64,000 nucleotides of DNA from Clostridiales bacterium. Its GTDB lineage: Bacteria > Bacillota > Clostridia > Christensenellales > Borkfalkiaceae. Position 1 is the first letter of the stretch. Each line of letters starts with the position of its first letter. The translations under genes were made by a program, and so were the position numbers. The stretch is taken from the NCBI GenBank assembly GCA_015069565.1, contig SVIJ01000001.1, positions 8,056-72,055 on the forward strand, given 5' to 3'. Positions 25,464 to 33,388 of this stretch are shown here, piece by piece. The notes beneath the pieces are model-generated. The model searched no databases. It had not been told where the DNA came from and saw only the letters and a list, made by a program, of their open reading frames with translations.

Positions 25464-25700
25464 ATGGCAAACGCAACCAAAAACAAAAACAAAAAACCCA
25501 GTTGGTTCAAGCGCACGGGCGCAAAGATCAAGGAAACGTTCTCCGAGCTTAAAAGAGTGACGTGGCCTAAGTTCGGCACGGTCGTAAAAACGACGGGTGT
25601 CGTACTCGTGATCGTACTTGCCTTCCTGATCATTGTCACGGCTGTGGATCTCGGCTTGGCTGAGCTCTTGAAGCTACTCACCAATACGGGTGCAGTTTAA
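25464..25700 (+). CDS. secE: Preprotein translocase subunit SecE
   Basis: KETFSELKRVTWP followed by a single TM. Conserved position between rpmG and nusG. Confidence 0.85.
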   Translation: MANATKNKNKKPSWFKRTGAKIKETFSELKRVTWPKFGTVVKTTGVVLVIVLAFLIIVTAVDLGLAELLKLLTNTGAV

Positions 25701-25714
25701 TCGGAGGGGATATT

Positions 25715-26281
25715 ATGCCTGAGATGGAACAGCCCAAATGGTATATCATTCACACCTACTCTGGGTATGAAGCGATGGTCAAGGGGAGCATTGAAAAGCT
25801 GATCGAGAACAACAAGTTGCACGATTATATCGTGGACGTGAAGATCCCGATGGAGCAGGTTATCGAAGAAAAGAACGGCAAGAAGAAGATTGTGGAAAAG
25901 AAGCTTCTTCCCTGCTACGTGTTCATCAAGATGATCTACACCAACCAAATTTGGTATTACGTCACCAGCACGCGTGGTGTGACGGGTTTCTGCGGCCCTC
26001 AGGGTCGTCCCGTGCCCATGAAGGCGGAAGAGATTCGCAAGATGCGTTTGGAAGATCCTATGGAAGTGGAAGCTACCTTCAAGGTGGGCGATACCGTTTC
26101 CATCGACGACGGCCCTTTGGCAGGCTTCTTCGGAACGGTCAAGGAGCTCAACGATACGTCCAAAAAAGCGCAGGTTTCCACCACGATGTTCGGCAGAGAA
26201 ACGGTTGTGGAAGTGGAATACGTGCAGATTACGCGTGTAGACGCGCCTATGCCCGAAGCATCGGAAGACGCGGAAGGCTAA
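25715..26281 (+). CDS. nusG: Transcription termination/antitermination factor NusG
   Basis: KWYIIHTYSGYE NGN domain. KOW motif FKVGDTVSIDDGPLAGFFGTV. Confidence 0.95.
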   Translation: MPEMEQPKWYIIHTYSGYEAMVKGSIEKLIENNKLHDYIVDVKIPMEQVIEEKNGKKKIVEKKLLPCYVFIKMIYTNQIWYYVTSTRGVTGFCGPQGRPVPMKAEEIRKMRLEDPMEVEATFKVGDTVSIDDGPLAGFFGTVKELNDTSKKAQVSTTMFGRETVVEVEYVQITRVDAPMPEASEDAEG

Positions 26282-26390
26282 TTCGTTGCGGAAGTTTTTT
26301 CCGCGACACACACAAAATTGTTAAAAAAGTGGGAGAGATATGAAATACTTTCAGCATATCTTGTCAAAACCACAATAGGAGAAAATATTT

Positions 26391-26816
26391 ATGGCTAAGA
26401 AGATTATGGCAGTCGTAAAATTGCAACTTCCCGCTGGTAAAGCGACCCCGGCTCCTCCCGTAGGTTCCACCCTTGGTCCCTTCGGTATCAACCTGCCCGG
26501 CTTTACGAAGGAATTCAATGCAAAAACGGCAGACAAACCCGGTCTCATCATCCCCGTTGTTGTGACGATCTATCAGGATCGTTCCTTCACGTTCATTTTG
26601 AAGACCCCCCCCGCACCCGTTCTCATCAAGAAAGCACTCGGTCTTGAAACGGCAAGCGCAAAACCCAACAGCGTAAAGGTTGGTAAGCTCACGAAGGCGC
26701 AAGTAGAAGAAATTGCGAAGACGAAGCTTCCCGATTTGAACTGCACGTCGTTGGAAAGCGCAATGAGCATGGTAGCCGGTACTGCACGCAGTATGGGTAT
26801 CACCGTAGAAGACTAA
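26391..26816 (+). CDS. rplK: 50S ribosomal protein L11
   Basis: [25 protein letters not shown]. Confidence 0.95.
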   Translation: MAKKIMAVVKLQLPAGKATPAPPVGSTLGPFGINLPGFTKEFNAKTADKPGLIIPVVVTIYQDRSFTFILKTPPAPVLIKKALGLETASAKPNSVKVGKLTKAQVEEIAKTKLPDLNCTSLESAMSMVAGTARSMGITVED

Positions 26817-26873
26817 AAGGAGAACGTGGCAGAGATTCTATCTCGCGATCGACCACAAGGAGGATTTTGAAAA

Positions 26874-27560
26874 ATGAAACACGGTAAGAAATATCAAGAC
26901 AGCGTAAAAGCATACGACTTGACGAAGCAATACGAAGCAAGCGAAGCGGTAGACGTAATTTTGGAAACTGCAAAGGCGAAGTTCGACGAAACGATCGAGC
27001 TTCACGTTCGTTTGGGCGTTGACCCCCGTCAAGCAGATCAACAGGTTCGTGGCGTACTCGTACTTCCCCACGGTACTGGTAAGACCAAGAGAGTTTTGGT
27101 TATCGCAAAGGGCGCAAAGGCAGACGCGGCGCAGGCAGCTGGTGCTGACTACGTAGGCGCTGAAGAGCTCATCGCGAAGATCCAGAACGACAACTGGTTC
27201 GACTTCGACGTTATGATCACCACCCCCGACATGATGGGTATGGTAGGTCGTATCGGTCGTGTACTCGGTCCCAAGGGCTTGATGCCCAACCCTAAGAGCG
27301 GTACCGTTACCATGGACGTTGAAAAGGCGATCAAGGAAGTTAAGGCAGGTAAGGTTGAATACCGTCTTGACAAGACCGCTATTATTCACTGCCCGATCGG
27401 TAAGAAGAGCTTCGGCAAGGAAAAGCTTGTTGAAAACTACACCGCGCTTATCGACGCAATCATTAAGGCGAAGCCCGCAGCAGCGAAGGGTACGTATCTC
27501 AAGAGCGTAGTTCTCGCATCGACGATGGGGCCTGGTGTTAAGGTAGTACCCAAAAACTAA
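26874..27560 (+). CDS. rplA: 50S ribosomal protein L1
   Basis: [23 protein letters not shown]; [26 protein letters not shown]. Confidence 0.95.
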   Translation: MKHGKKYQDSVKAYDLTKQYEASEAVDVILETAKAKFDETIELHVRLGVDPRQADQQVRGVLVLPHGTGKTKRVLVIAKGAKADAAQAAGADYVGAEELIAKIQNDNWFDFDVMITTPDMMGMVGRIGRVLGPKGLMPNPKSGTVTMDVEKAIKEVKAGKVEYRLDKTAIIHCPIGKKSFGKEKLVENYTALIDAIIKAKPAAAKGTYLKSVVLASTMGPGVKVVPKN

Positions 27561-27562
27561 TT

Positions 27563-27685
27563 AAAACGACGGATTTGCGGCGCAATAGTGCGTTGAACTT
27601 GCGTTTTCTCTCGGTCACGTACGTCTTGTACGCTCCCGTCGAGAAAGCCTTGTTCGCCTGCTCTTGCTTGCAACTGCGCCGTTTT
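27563..27685. repeat. ~122-bp structured repeat unit (family 2, A-type), followed by a degenerate partial unit to about 27765
   Basis: AAAACGACGGATTTGCGGCGCAATAG...CTTGCTTGCAACTGCGCCGTTTT. Near-identical to units at 54820 and 55064. The ends AAACGNCG/CGCCGTTT are complementary. Confidence 0.8.
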
Positions 27686-27817
27686 GGCTGTAAGATGGAG
27701 GCGAGTATCGCAGTGCTGTAAAGTGCGCCTTGCCTTGCTTGCATCTTGCATTGTTTTAGGGCGGGATGTGTCCGTCCACAAAAAACAAAAAAACTTTCGA
27801 AAGGCGGTCAAAAACGC

Positions 27818-27846
27818 TTGACTGCCTTTCGGAAAAGTGTTATAAT
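27818..27846 (+). promoter_or_regulatory. Promoter of rplJ-rplL
   Basis: TTGACT, 17-nt spacer, TATAAT. Confidence 0.65.
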
Positions 27847-27852
27847 CACATA

Positions 27853-28029
27853 GTCAGTAAAGACGAACACCGTAGAAAGCAAGTCCTTTTGGATAATGGG
27901 AAACCGCTTGCCGAGGTAGAAGGAAAAACTTTTTTTGAAAAGTAGTGTGTCCTTATGCCGATTGCGGTGTAAGGAATTTTTTTATGTCAGGCGATAATTT
28001 ACAGCGAAATCGCTTAAAGGAGGTAATTC
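27853..28029 (+). promoter_or_regulatory. rplJ 5' leader (L10-leader-like autoregulatory region)
   Basis: A ~175-nt untranslated leader with a hairpin plus T7 run at about 27951..27983, just before the RBS AAGGAGG. L10(L12)4-binding leaders are known at this position in Bacillota. I did not verify the fold. Confidence 0.4.
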
Positions 28030-28536
28030 ATGTCGGCGAATGTTGAAGCTAAGAAACAAATAGTGGAAGAGATTAAGGCGAAGATCCAAGCGAGCAAGTC
28101 GGTTGTATTTGCAGACTACAACAAGCTCACCGTTTTGGAAGTGACCGCTCTTCGTAACGAATTCAAAAAGGCAAACTGCGAATACAAGGTATACAAGAAC
28201 ACGCTTGTTAGAAAGGCGTTTAACGAACTTGGTTATACCGAATTCGATGCAGATTTGAACGGCCCTACGGCTGTTGTATTCTGCGCGGATGAAACCAGCG
28301 GCGCGTCCATTTTTGCAAAGGCTACGAAAGCAAACCCTGCGCTTGTAGAAAAGATCGTGCCCAAGTGCGCGTTCCTTGAAAACAAGTACATGGACAAGAA
28401 TGCGGTTAAAGAACTTGCGGCAATTCCTTCCAAGGAAGTACTCATCGCGAAGATGCTCGGCTGCTTGCAGTCTTCTATTTCCAAATTCGTTTACGTTTTG
28501 GACGTTATTGCGAAAGCAAAAGAAGCAGCAAACTAA
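28030..28536 (+). CDS. rplJ: 50S ribosomal protein L10
   Basis: KKQIVEEIKAKIQASKSVVFADYNKLTVLEVTALR. Confidence 0.95.
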   Translation: MSANVEAKKQIVEEIKAKIQASKSVVFADYNKLTVLEVTALRNEFKKANCEYKVYKNTLVRKAFNELGYTEFDADLNGPTAVVFCADETSGASIFAKATKANPALVEKIVPKCAFLENKYMDKNAVKELAAIPSKEVLIAKMLGCLQSSISKFVYVLDVIAKAKEAAN

Positions 28537-28583
28537 TCATTTATTAAAAAAATCATTATTAAAAATCGGAGGAAAAAATTACT

Positions 28584-28955
28584 ATGGATATCCAGAAACT
28601 TATCGAAGACGTAAAGTCTATGTCTGTTCTTGAACTCAACGAACTCGTAAAGGCACTCGAAGCAGAATTCGGCGTAAGCGCTGCTGCTCCCGTTGCTGCT
28701 GCAGGTGCTGCAGGTGCTGCTGAAGCTGCTCCCGCTGCTGAAGAAAAGACCGAATTCGACGTTGTATTGAAGGACATCGGTCCCAACAAGATCGCTATCA
28801 TCAAGGTTGTTCGTGAAGCTACCGGTCTTGGCCTTGCTGACGCTAAGAAGGCAGTTGAAGCTATGGGCGTTATCAAAGAAAACGCTCCCAAGGCTGATGC
28901 TGAAGCGTTGGTTGCTAAGCTTAAGGAAAACGGCGCTACCGCTGAACTTAAGTAA
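28584..28955 (+). CDS. rplL: 50S ribosomal protein L7/L12
   Basis: Ala-rich hinge, then [24 protein letters not shown]. Confidence 0.95.
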   Translation: MDIQKLIEDVKSMSVLELNELVKALEAEFGVSAAAPVAAAGAAGAAEAAPAAEEKTEFDVVLKDIGPNKIAIIKVVREATGLGLADAKKAVEAMGVIKENAPKADAEALVAKLKENGATAELK

Positions 28956-28975
28956 GTTTATCGCTGACAGAAAAA

Positions 28976-29007
28976 GGACGAGTGGATTTTCCACCCGTCT
29001 TTTTTTG
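28976..29007 (+). terminator. Intrinsic terminator after rplL
   Basis: GGACGAGTGG-ATTTT-CCACCCGTC followed by T7. Confidence 0.7.
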
Positions 29008-29152
29008 TTTTTTACAGCCGATTTTTTCGGCATTTTTCGCGCGCGTTTGCATGGAATTTGATAAAAATTAAGGAAAAGCGATAAAAGCACTTGACGAAAA
29101 GGGGGCAAATAGAGTACAATGAATAGGTAGAAAATCTATGGGAGAAAATACC

Positions 29153-30040
29153 ATGAAAGCGAATAAGATGTTCAAAAAAATCGTTTGTGCAGCGCTTGCG
29201 GCTACGACCGTTGTCGGCGGCGCGGTGGCTTTTGCCGGCTGTACGACCAACCACCCCGAAGTGGAAATGCAAATCGAATTTAACGGTGTCACCTACACCT
29301 TGGAATACAAGCTGTATAGAAAGAAGGCAACCAACACGGTCAACCATTTCTTGGCTTTGGCGGAAAACGGCTACTACGACGGGCTTTGCGTGCACGATTA
29401 CACGGCGGCTAAGTGGTACACGGGCGCTTATTCCTTCGACGAAACGACGGACGTGGACGGCGGCTTGGTGTACAAGGATTATTTCAAAACCGTTTCCGCA
29501 TACGAAAACAAGGACTTTGTCAGCGTTTGGAAGGATAGCGAGAAGGCTATCCCCACCTATACGCTCTACGGCGAATTCTCTGAAAACGGCATGACGATTG
29601 CAAAGGGTGACTTCCTTGCGCAGTCCTTCGGCTCCCTTTCCATGATCTATGAAGACAAGGGCGCGGACGCGGAAGAATATAAGGTATACGTAAACCGTTT
29701 GGACGGCAAGGGCGTGAGCGCAAAGGATTACGAAATGAACAGCGCAACGTCCATGTTTGCCATCAACATCACGGGCGCAGGTGTGGACAAAAAGCACGCA
29801 ACCTTCGCAACCTTAGAAGAAGATAGCGTGGATGAGCTGACCGCATTGAAGGATGCAATCGCCGCTTATATTTCCGCAAACTATCCCGACGATGAAGAAG
29901 GCGCGCCTACGTTCACGAACGAAACGACGATTCACTACGGTCAAAACGATCCGATCATCGAAGATTTGGAGCTTTCCGTGGAATACGACGTACCTTCCGA
30001 ACCGATCGTAATCAAGAGCGTGAAAGTGACGAAGTACTAA
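29153..30040 (+). CDS. Divergent cyclophilin-type peptidyl-prolyl isomerase-like lipoprotein
   Basis: Signal plus lipobox (AVAFAGC-TT). TVNHFLALAENGYYDGL resembles the cyclophilin core. Start at 29153 (GGAGA RBS) preferred to 29138. Confidence 0.55.
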   Translation: MKANKMFKKIVCAALAATTVVGGAVAFAGCTTNHPEVEMQIEFNGVTYTLEYKLYRKKATNTVNHFLALAENGYYDGLCVHDYTAAKWYTGAYSFDETTDVDGGLVYKDYFKTVSAYENKDFVSVWKDSEKAIPTYTLYGEFSENGMTIAKGDFLAQSFGSLSMIYEDKGADAEEYKVYVNRLDGKGVSAKDYEMNSATSMFAINITGAGVDKKHATFATLEEDSVDELTALKDAIAAYISANYPDDEEGAPTFTNETTIHYGQNDPIIEDLELSVEYDVPSEPIVIKSVKVTKY

Positions 30041-30051
30041 TTTTCGCTAAG

Positions 30052-30080
30052 AAAGCCTGCCATAGCGGCAGGCTTTTTTG
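30052..30080. terminator. Bidirectional intrinsic terminator
   Basis: GCCTGCC-ATAGC-GGCAGGC flanked by an A-run and a T-run, between convergent genes. Confidence 0.7.
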
Positions 30081-30087
30081 TTGCGTT

Positions 30088-30978
30088 TTATGCAGTAATA
30101 TCTACAATCAGCCCGTCTTCAATGCGGACGGAAAACTTGCGGACGTCGAACAAGCGCTCCGCTTTTTTGTACGTCAGCAGGCATACGCTAGGGTCGGGCG
30201 TGGGAAGCACGTGCAAAAACGCGCCCAAAAAATCGAGTACCGTTTCGGGGGATTTTTGCAACTCGTCGCAAAGAAAGGGGTTGAAATCCGCGCCGATGCG
30301 AATGCTCTCGAAAAAGGCATAGGCAAGCAACCCGTCCGAAGGCAGGTCAGCATCCTGCTTTAAGCGGTAGGAAGTCCGCTCGGCGCTTCCGCTTTCGATG
30401 GTGTAGACGCATTCTGCAATCCGTTTGTAGCGGTCGGAAAGGGGAATGGCTAGCCGTAGCTCGCTATCCGACCATTCGGCGGAAAGGTAGCTCTCGTCCA
30501 AAAGTCGCTTGCCGTCGGGGGCGAAAACGCATAGCCGATCCTTACCTTTAACAAGGATATTTTCCCCGATGAAAAATAGCTCGCAATCACAAAAGGAAGG
30601 GGGCAGGGTCGCGTTGAAGAAGCCGCTGGGAGTATTTATCCCCAAATACAAGCCCCCCTGTTTGGTGACGGTAGCAAGGGTTTCGCCCTTCCGTTTTTGC
30701 GTGATTACGCAAAGGGTTTGGTCGGTGGATATAAATCCGTGGATGAAAAGCGCCAAACCGCCGTCGAAGCGATAGACGTCCACCCCTTCGGGCGGACGTA
30801 AGGGCAGGCGCTCGTCGAGAAAAAAGCAGACGGGTTGCATGCCTTCCGCATCCACGCGGACGGGCATATTGTCCTGTAAGGAAAGCTCGGCAAAGCGTTC
30901 GAAATCGGAAATCCTGCCAAAGTATGCGCCGCCGACGTAAAGCGCGGCGGGGACGGATGATAAAAAATACACTCGCAT
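30088..30978 (-). CDS. Hypothetical protein (296 aa)
   Basis: Long ORF with no competing frame. I recognise no motif. Confidence 0.55.
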   Translation of the reverse strand: MRVYFLSSVPAALYVGGAYFGRISDFERFAELSLQDNMPVRVDAEGMQPVCFFLDERLPLRPPEGVDVYRFDGGLALFIHGFISTDQTLCVITQKRKGETLATVTKQGGLYLGINTPSGFFNATLPPSFCDCELFFIGENILVKGKDRLCVFAPDGKRLLDESYLSAEWSDSELRLAIPLSDRYKRIAECVYTIESGSAERTSYRLKQDADLPSDGLLAYAFFESIRIGADFNPFLCDELQKSPETVLDFLGAFLHVLPTPDPSVCLLTYKKAERLFDVRKFSVRIEDGLIVDITA

Positions 30979-31072
30979 ACGCCATCGTATGATATTTTTT
31001 TTCGGAATATGTATACTTTTTCAAAAATGAGTGAATAATTACCCTAACAAAGCCCATGAAGGAGTGGAAAGT

Positions 31073-31741
31073 ATGCAAAAAATTAACGGCTATACCGAAG
31101 AAGAAGCGAAGGAACTCATAGAGTTTGTAGACGAAGGGAAGAAGCAGGGGCATACGTTGACGGCGCTGTTTGAAGCGTATGGGAAACGCCGCGGCAGAGC
31201 GCGCGGGAGCGTGCGAAACTATTACTACGCGCTTATGAAAAACCAAGGGGGTGACGAGAGAATCGTCAAGCTTTTGGACGGCAAGCAGCTTTCCGTAGGA
31301 AAAATCCGTGCCTTTACGGAAGAAGAAGCGGACGAAGCCATTCGCAGTATCTTGCGCGAAAAGGCGAAAGGGGTATCCGTGCGAAAGGCGATTTACACCC
31401 TTGCGGGCGGTGACGATAAGCTGATGCTACGCTTGCAAAATAAGTACCGTAATACCTTGAAAAACGCCCCTGAAAAGATAGCGGCAATCGAGATGGAGCT
31501 GTTCGGCAAGGAATTGCCAAAAAGCAAAAAGAAAGGGGGCGTGTCCGCGACGAAAGGAGATTTGAGTGGAATTTTGAAGCGGAGCGACGCGCGCGAAATC
31601 CTGCAAAAACGCTTGGAAGAAGAGATCAACGAGCTGTACGACCGCTTGACGCAGGCACTGAAAGCGGAAAACGCAAGGCTTGCGGAAGAAAACGAAGCCC
31701 TGCGGTTAGAAATCCAACGCTTGCAAAAACGCTTCTCGTAA
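31073..31741 (+). CDS. Hypothetical protein with C-terminal coiled coil
   Basis: RBS GAAGGAG 8 nt before the ATG at 31073. The C-terminal heptad-like stretch LEEEINELYDRLTQALKAENARLAEENEALRLEIQRLQ. Confidence 0.55.
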   Translation: MQKINGYTEEEAKELIEFVDEGKKQGHTLTALFEAYGKRRGRARGSVRNYYYALMKNQGGDERIVKLLDGKQLSVGKIRAFTEEEADEAIRSILREKAKGVSVRKAIYTLAGGDDKLMLRLQNKYRNTLKNAPEKIAAIEMELFGKELPKSKKKGGVSATKGDLSGILKRSDAREILQKRLEEEINELYDRLTQALKAENARLAEENEALRLEIQRLQKRFS

Positions 31742-31770
31742 AAAAACGCCCAAAAAATGGGCGTTTTTTC
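31742..31770. terminator. Bidirectional intrinsic terminator
   Basis: AAACGCCCA-AAAAA-TGGGCGTTT with flanking A and T runs. Confidence 0.7.
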
Positions 31771-31805
31771 CTTGAATTTGCGCTAAAAAAAGCGTTTTTT
31801 TGCGG

Positions 31806-31994
31806 TTATTTTGCCGCCGCTTTCGACTTGCTTTCCCGCTTCATTTCTTCGATCTTTTCGTCCATCGCATCGTTGACCTTCGTCAAGACTTCGTCCTGTC
31901 CCTTCTTGATGATGGTGCGCATTCTATAACTGTTCGTCACGGCAACTGCGCCGCCCACTGCACCGATTAACATTCCTATTACAAACTTTTCCAT
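31806..31994 (-). CDS. YtxH-like small membrane-associated protein (62 aa)
   Basis: N-terminal Gly-zipper TM (FVIGMLIGAVGGAVAV) followed by a charged helix. Confidence 0.5.
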   Translation of the reverse strand: MEKFVIGMLIGAVGGAVAVTNSYRMRTIIKKGQDEVLTKVNDAMDEKIEEMKRESKSKAAAK

Positions 31995-32139
31995 ATTCTA
32001 CTCCTTTGAACGGTTTTTCCGCGTCAAGGACAGTATGCGCCGAACGGCTTGTGAAATATGCGAAACTTTCACAGGAAAAAACAGGAAATTCCTGCAAAAA
32101 AGGGTTGTAGAAAAGAGAAAAGTATGGTACAATAAGCGT

Positions 32140-32958
32140 ATGGAAAAAAGAGTGATTGCCTTTGATATCGGCTGCAAAAGAATCGGCGTGGCGATTTCCG
32201 ATCCCTTTGGGGAGTACGCGATGCCCTGCGAAACCTACCATCGTACCCGTTCCTTTTGGACGGACGTGGAAGCGATTGCAAAAATCGCAAAGGACAGGGG
32301 GGCGGCGGTGATCGTTTGCGGTATGCCCGTCAATTTTGACGGCTCGGAAAGTATTCAGACGGTCAAGACGCAGGAGTTTGTGGACGCCTTGAAGGAAAAG
32401 ACGGATATTCCCATCGCCTTGGAAGACGAGCGGTTCACCACGATGCAGGCGCGTGAAGTGCAAATTCAAGGGGGCGTAAGACGGGAAGATCGGAAAAAGA
32501 GTATCGACTCGATTGCGGCGTCGTACATTCTCGACGGGTACTTGGAGAGAGAGAAGAAAAGACGTCGGGCGGAAGCGGAAGAAAGGCGGCGCAAAGAGGC
32601 GCTCGCTTGGAATATAAAATCGGCAAGGAGAGATATAACAATGGATATGGAAAACATGGAAGAATACGAAGAGCTCAACATTTTGGAGCTTGAAGACGCA
32701 GACGGGAACGTGGAAAAGTTCGCGCATATCGCGACGATCGAATACAAGGGCGAAAAATACTGCTGTTTCCAGTTCGCTGAACCCGAAGACGAAGAACAGG
32801 AAGACGAAATCGTGATCTTCCACTTGGTTGGCGAAGGGGAAGACGCTCGTCTTTTCGAGATTGAAGACGAATCCCTTTTGGACGAAGTGTTTGCGGAGTT
32901 CTGCGCACAGTACGAGCAGTATGAAAATGCGGAAGACGCAAAGAAGCTGGATTCCTAA
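32140..32958 (+). CDS. ruvX: Holliday-junction resolvase-like RuvX (YqgF) fused in frame to a DUF1292-like acidic domain
   Basis: N-terminus RVIAFDIGCKRIGVAISD...AVIVCGMPVNFDGSE...ERFTT. A K/R/E linker follows. C-terminus DADGNVEKFAHIATIEYKGEKYCCFQ...IVIFHLV...LFEIEDESLLDEVFAEF. No stop between the two parts. Confidence 0.8.
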   Translation: MEKRVIAFDIGCKRIGVAISDPFGEYAMPCETYHRTRSFWTDVEAIAKIAKDRGAAVIVCGMPVNFDGSESIQTVKTQEFVDALKEKTDIPIALEDERFTTMQAREVQIQGGVRREDRKKSIDSIAASYILDGYLEREKKRRRAEAEERRRKEALAWNIKSARRDITMDMENMEEYEELNILELEDADGNVEKFAHIATIEYKGEKYCCFQFAEPEDEEQEDEIVIFHLVGEGEDARLFEIEDESLLDEVFAEFCAQYEQYENAEDAKKLDS

Positions 32959-32975
32959 TCTCGTTTGGAACGGTA

Positions 32976-33308
32976 GGGCGGGGGCTTGCTCCCGCCGATT
33001 GTAGGGACAGGCGTCCCCGACTGTCCGAAAAAGTGAATTGAACGCTATGCGTTCGTGAATTGAAATCTACGATTTCGTGAATTGTCGCTTGCGCGACGTG
33101 AATTGTTTGCCGATGGCAAACGTTGTGGTAGAATTTAAATTTTTCCATAACGCAAGGCAGAGCCTTGCAATTCACGACGGCTGTGCCGTCAATTCACGCG
33201 TTTGAAAAACGCAATTCACGATTGCTGTAAGCAATCAATTCACTTTGCCGCTTGCCGTATGAGATCCTTCGGCTACGCTCAGGATGACAAAGTGGGGCGC
33301 GTCAGGAT
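32976..33308. repeat. Hairpin-array element, copy B (GC hairpin + core 33033..33243 + GAGATCC module)
   Basis: See the finding at 33033. 304 bp (32976..33279) repeat at 35026..35329 with 4 mismatches. Confidence 0.9.
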
Positions 33309-33388
33309 GTTTGGAACTCAAAAATTAGAACGAAAGGGGCAGGTACGCGTTGAATGTGCACGTGTATCCAAGTGAAAGGAGAGGAAAT

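Noticed and set aside
28956-29152. The absence of rpoB/rpoC after rplL, considered as a possible rearrangement.
   Set aside because: rplL is followed by a good terminator, and separation of rpoBC from rplJL occurs in various lineages. There is not enough evidence in the window to call it unusual.
32675-33175. Repeated minus-strand ORFs starting MNCKALPCVMEKFKFYHNVCHRQTIH... (also at 34995..35225, 44708..44890 and 22376..22597), which might be a small conserved protein family.
   Set aside because: - They lie entirely in the hairpin-array repeats.
- Conservation is explained at the nucleotide level (palindromes plus the 7-mer, giving recurrent IH / NSR codons).
- Differences between copies preserve base pairing rather than amino acids.
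- There is no RBS.
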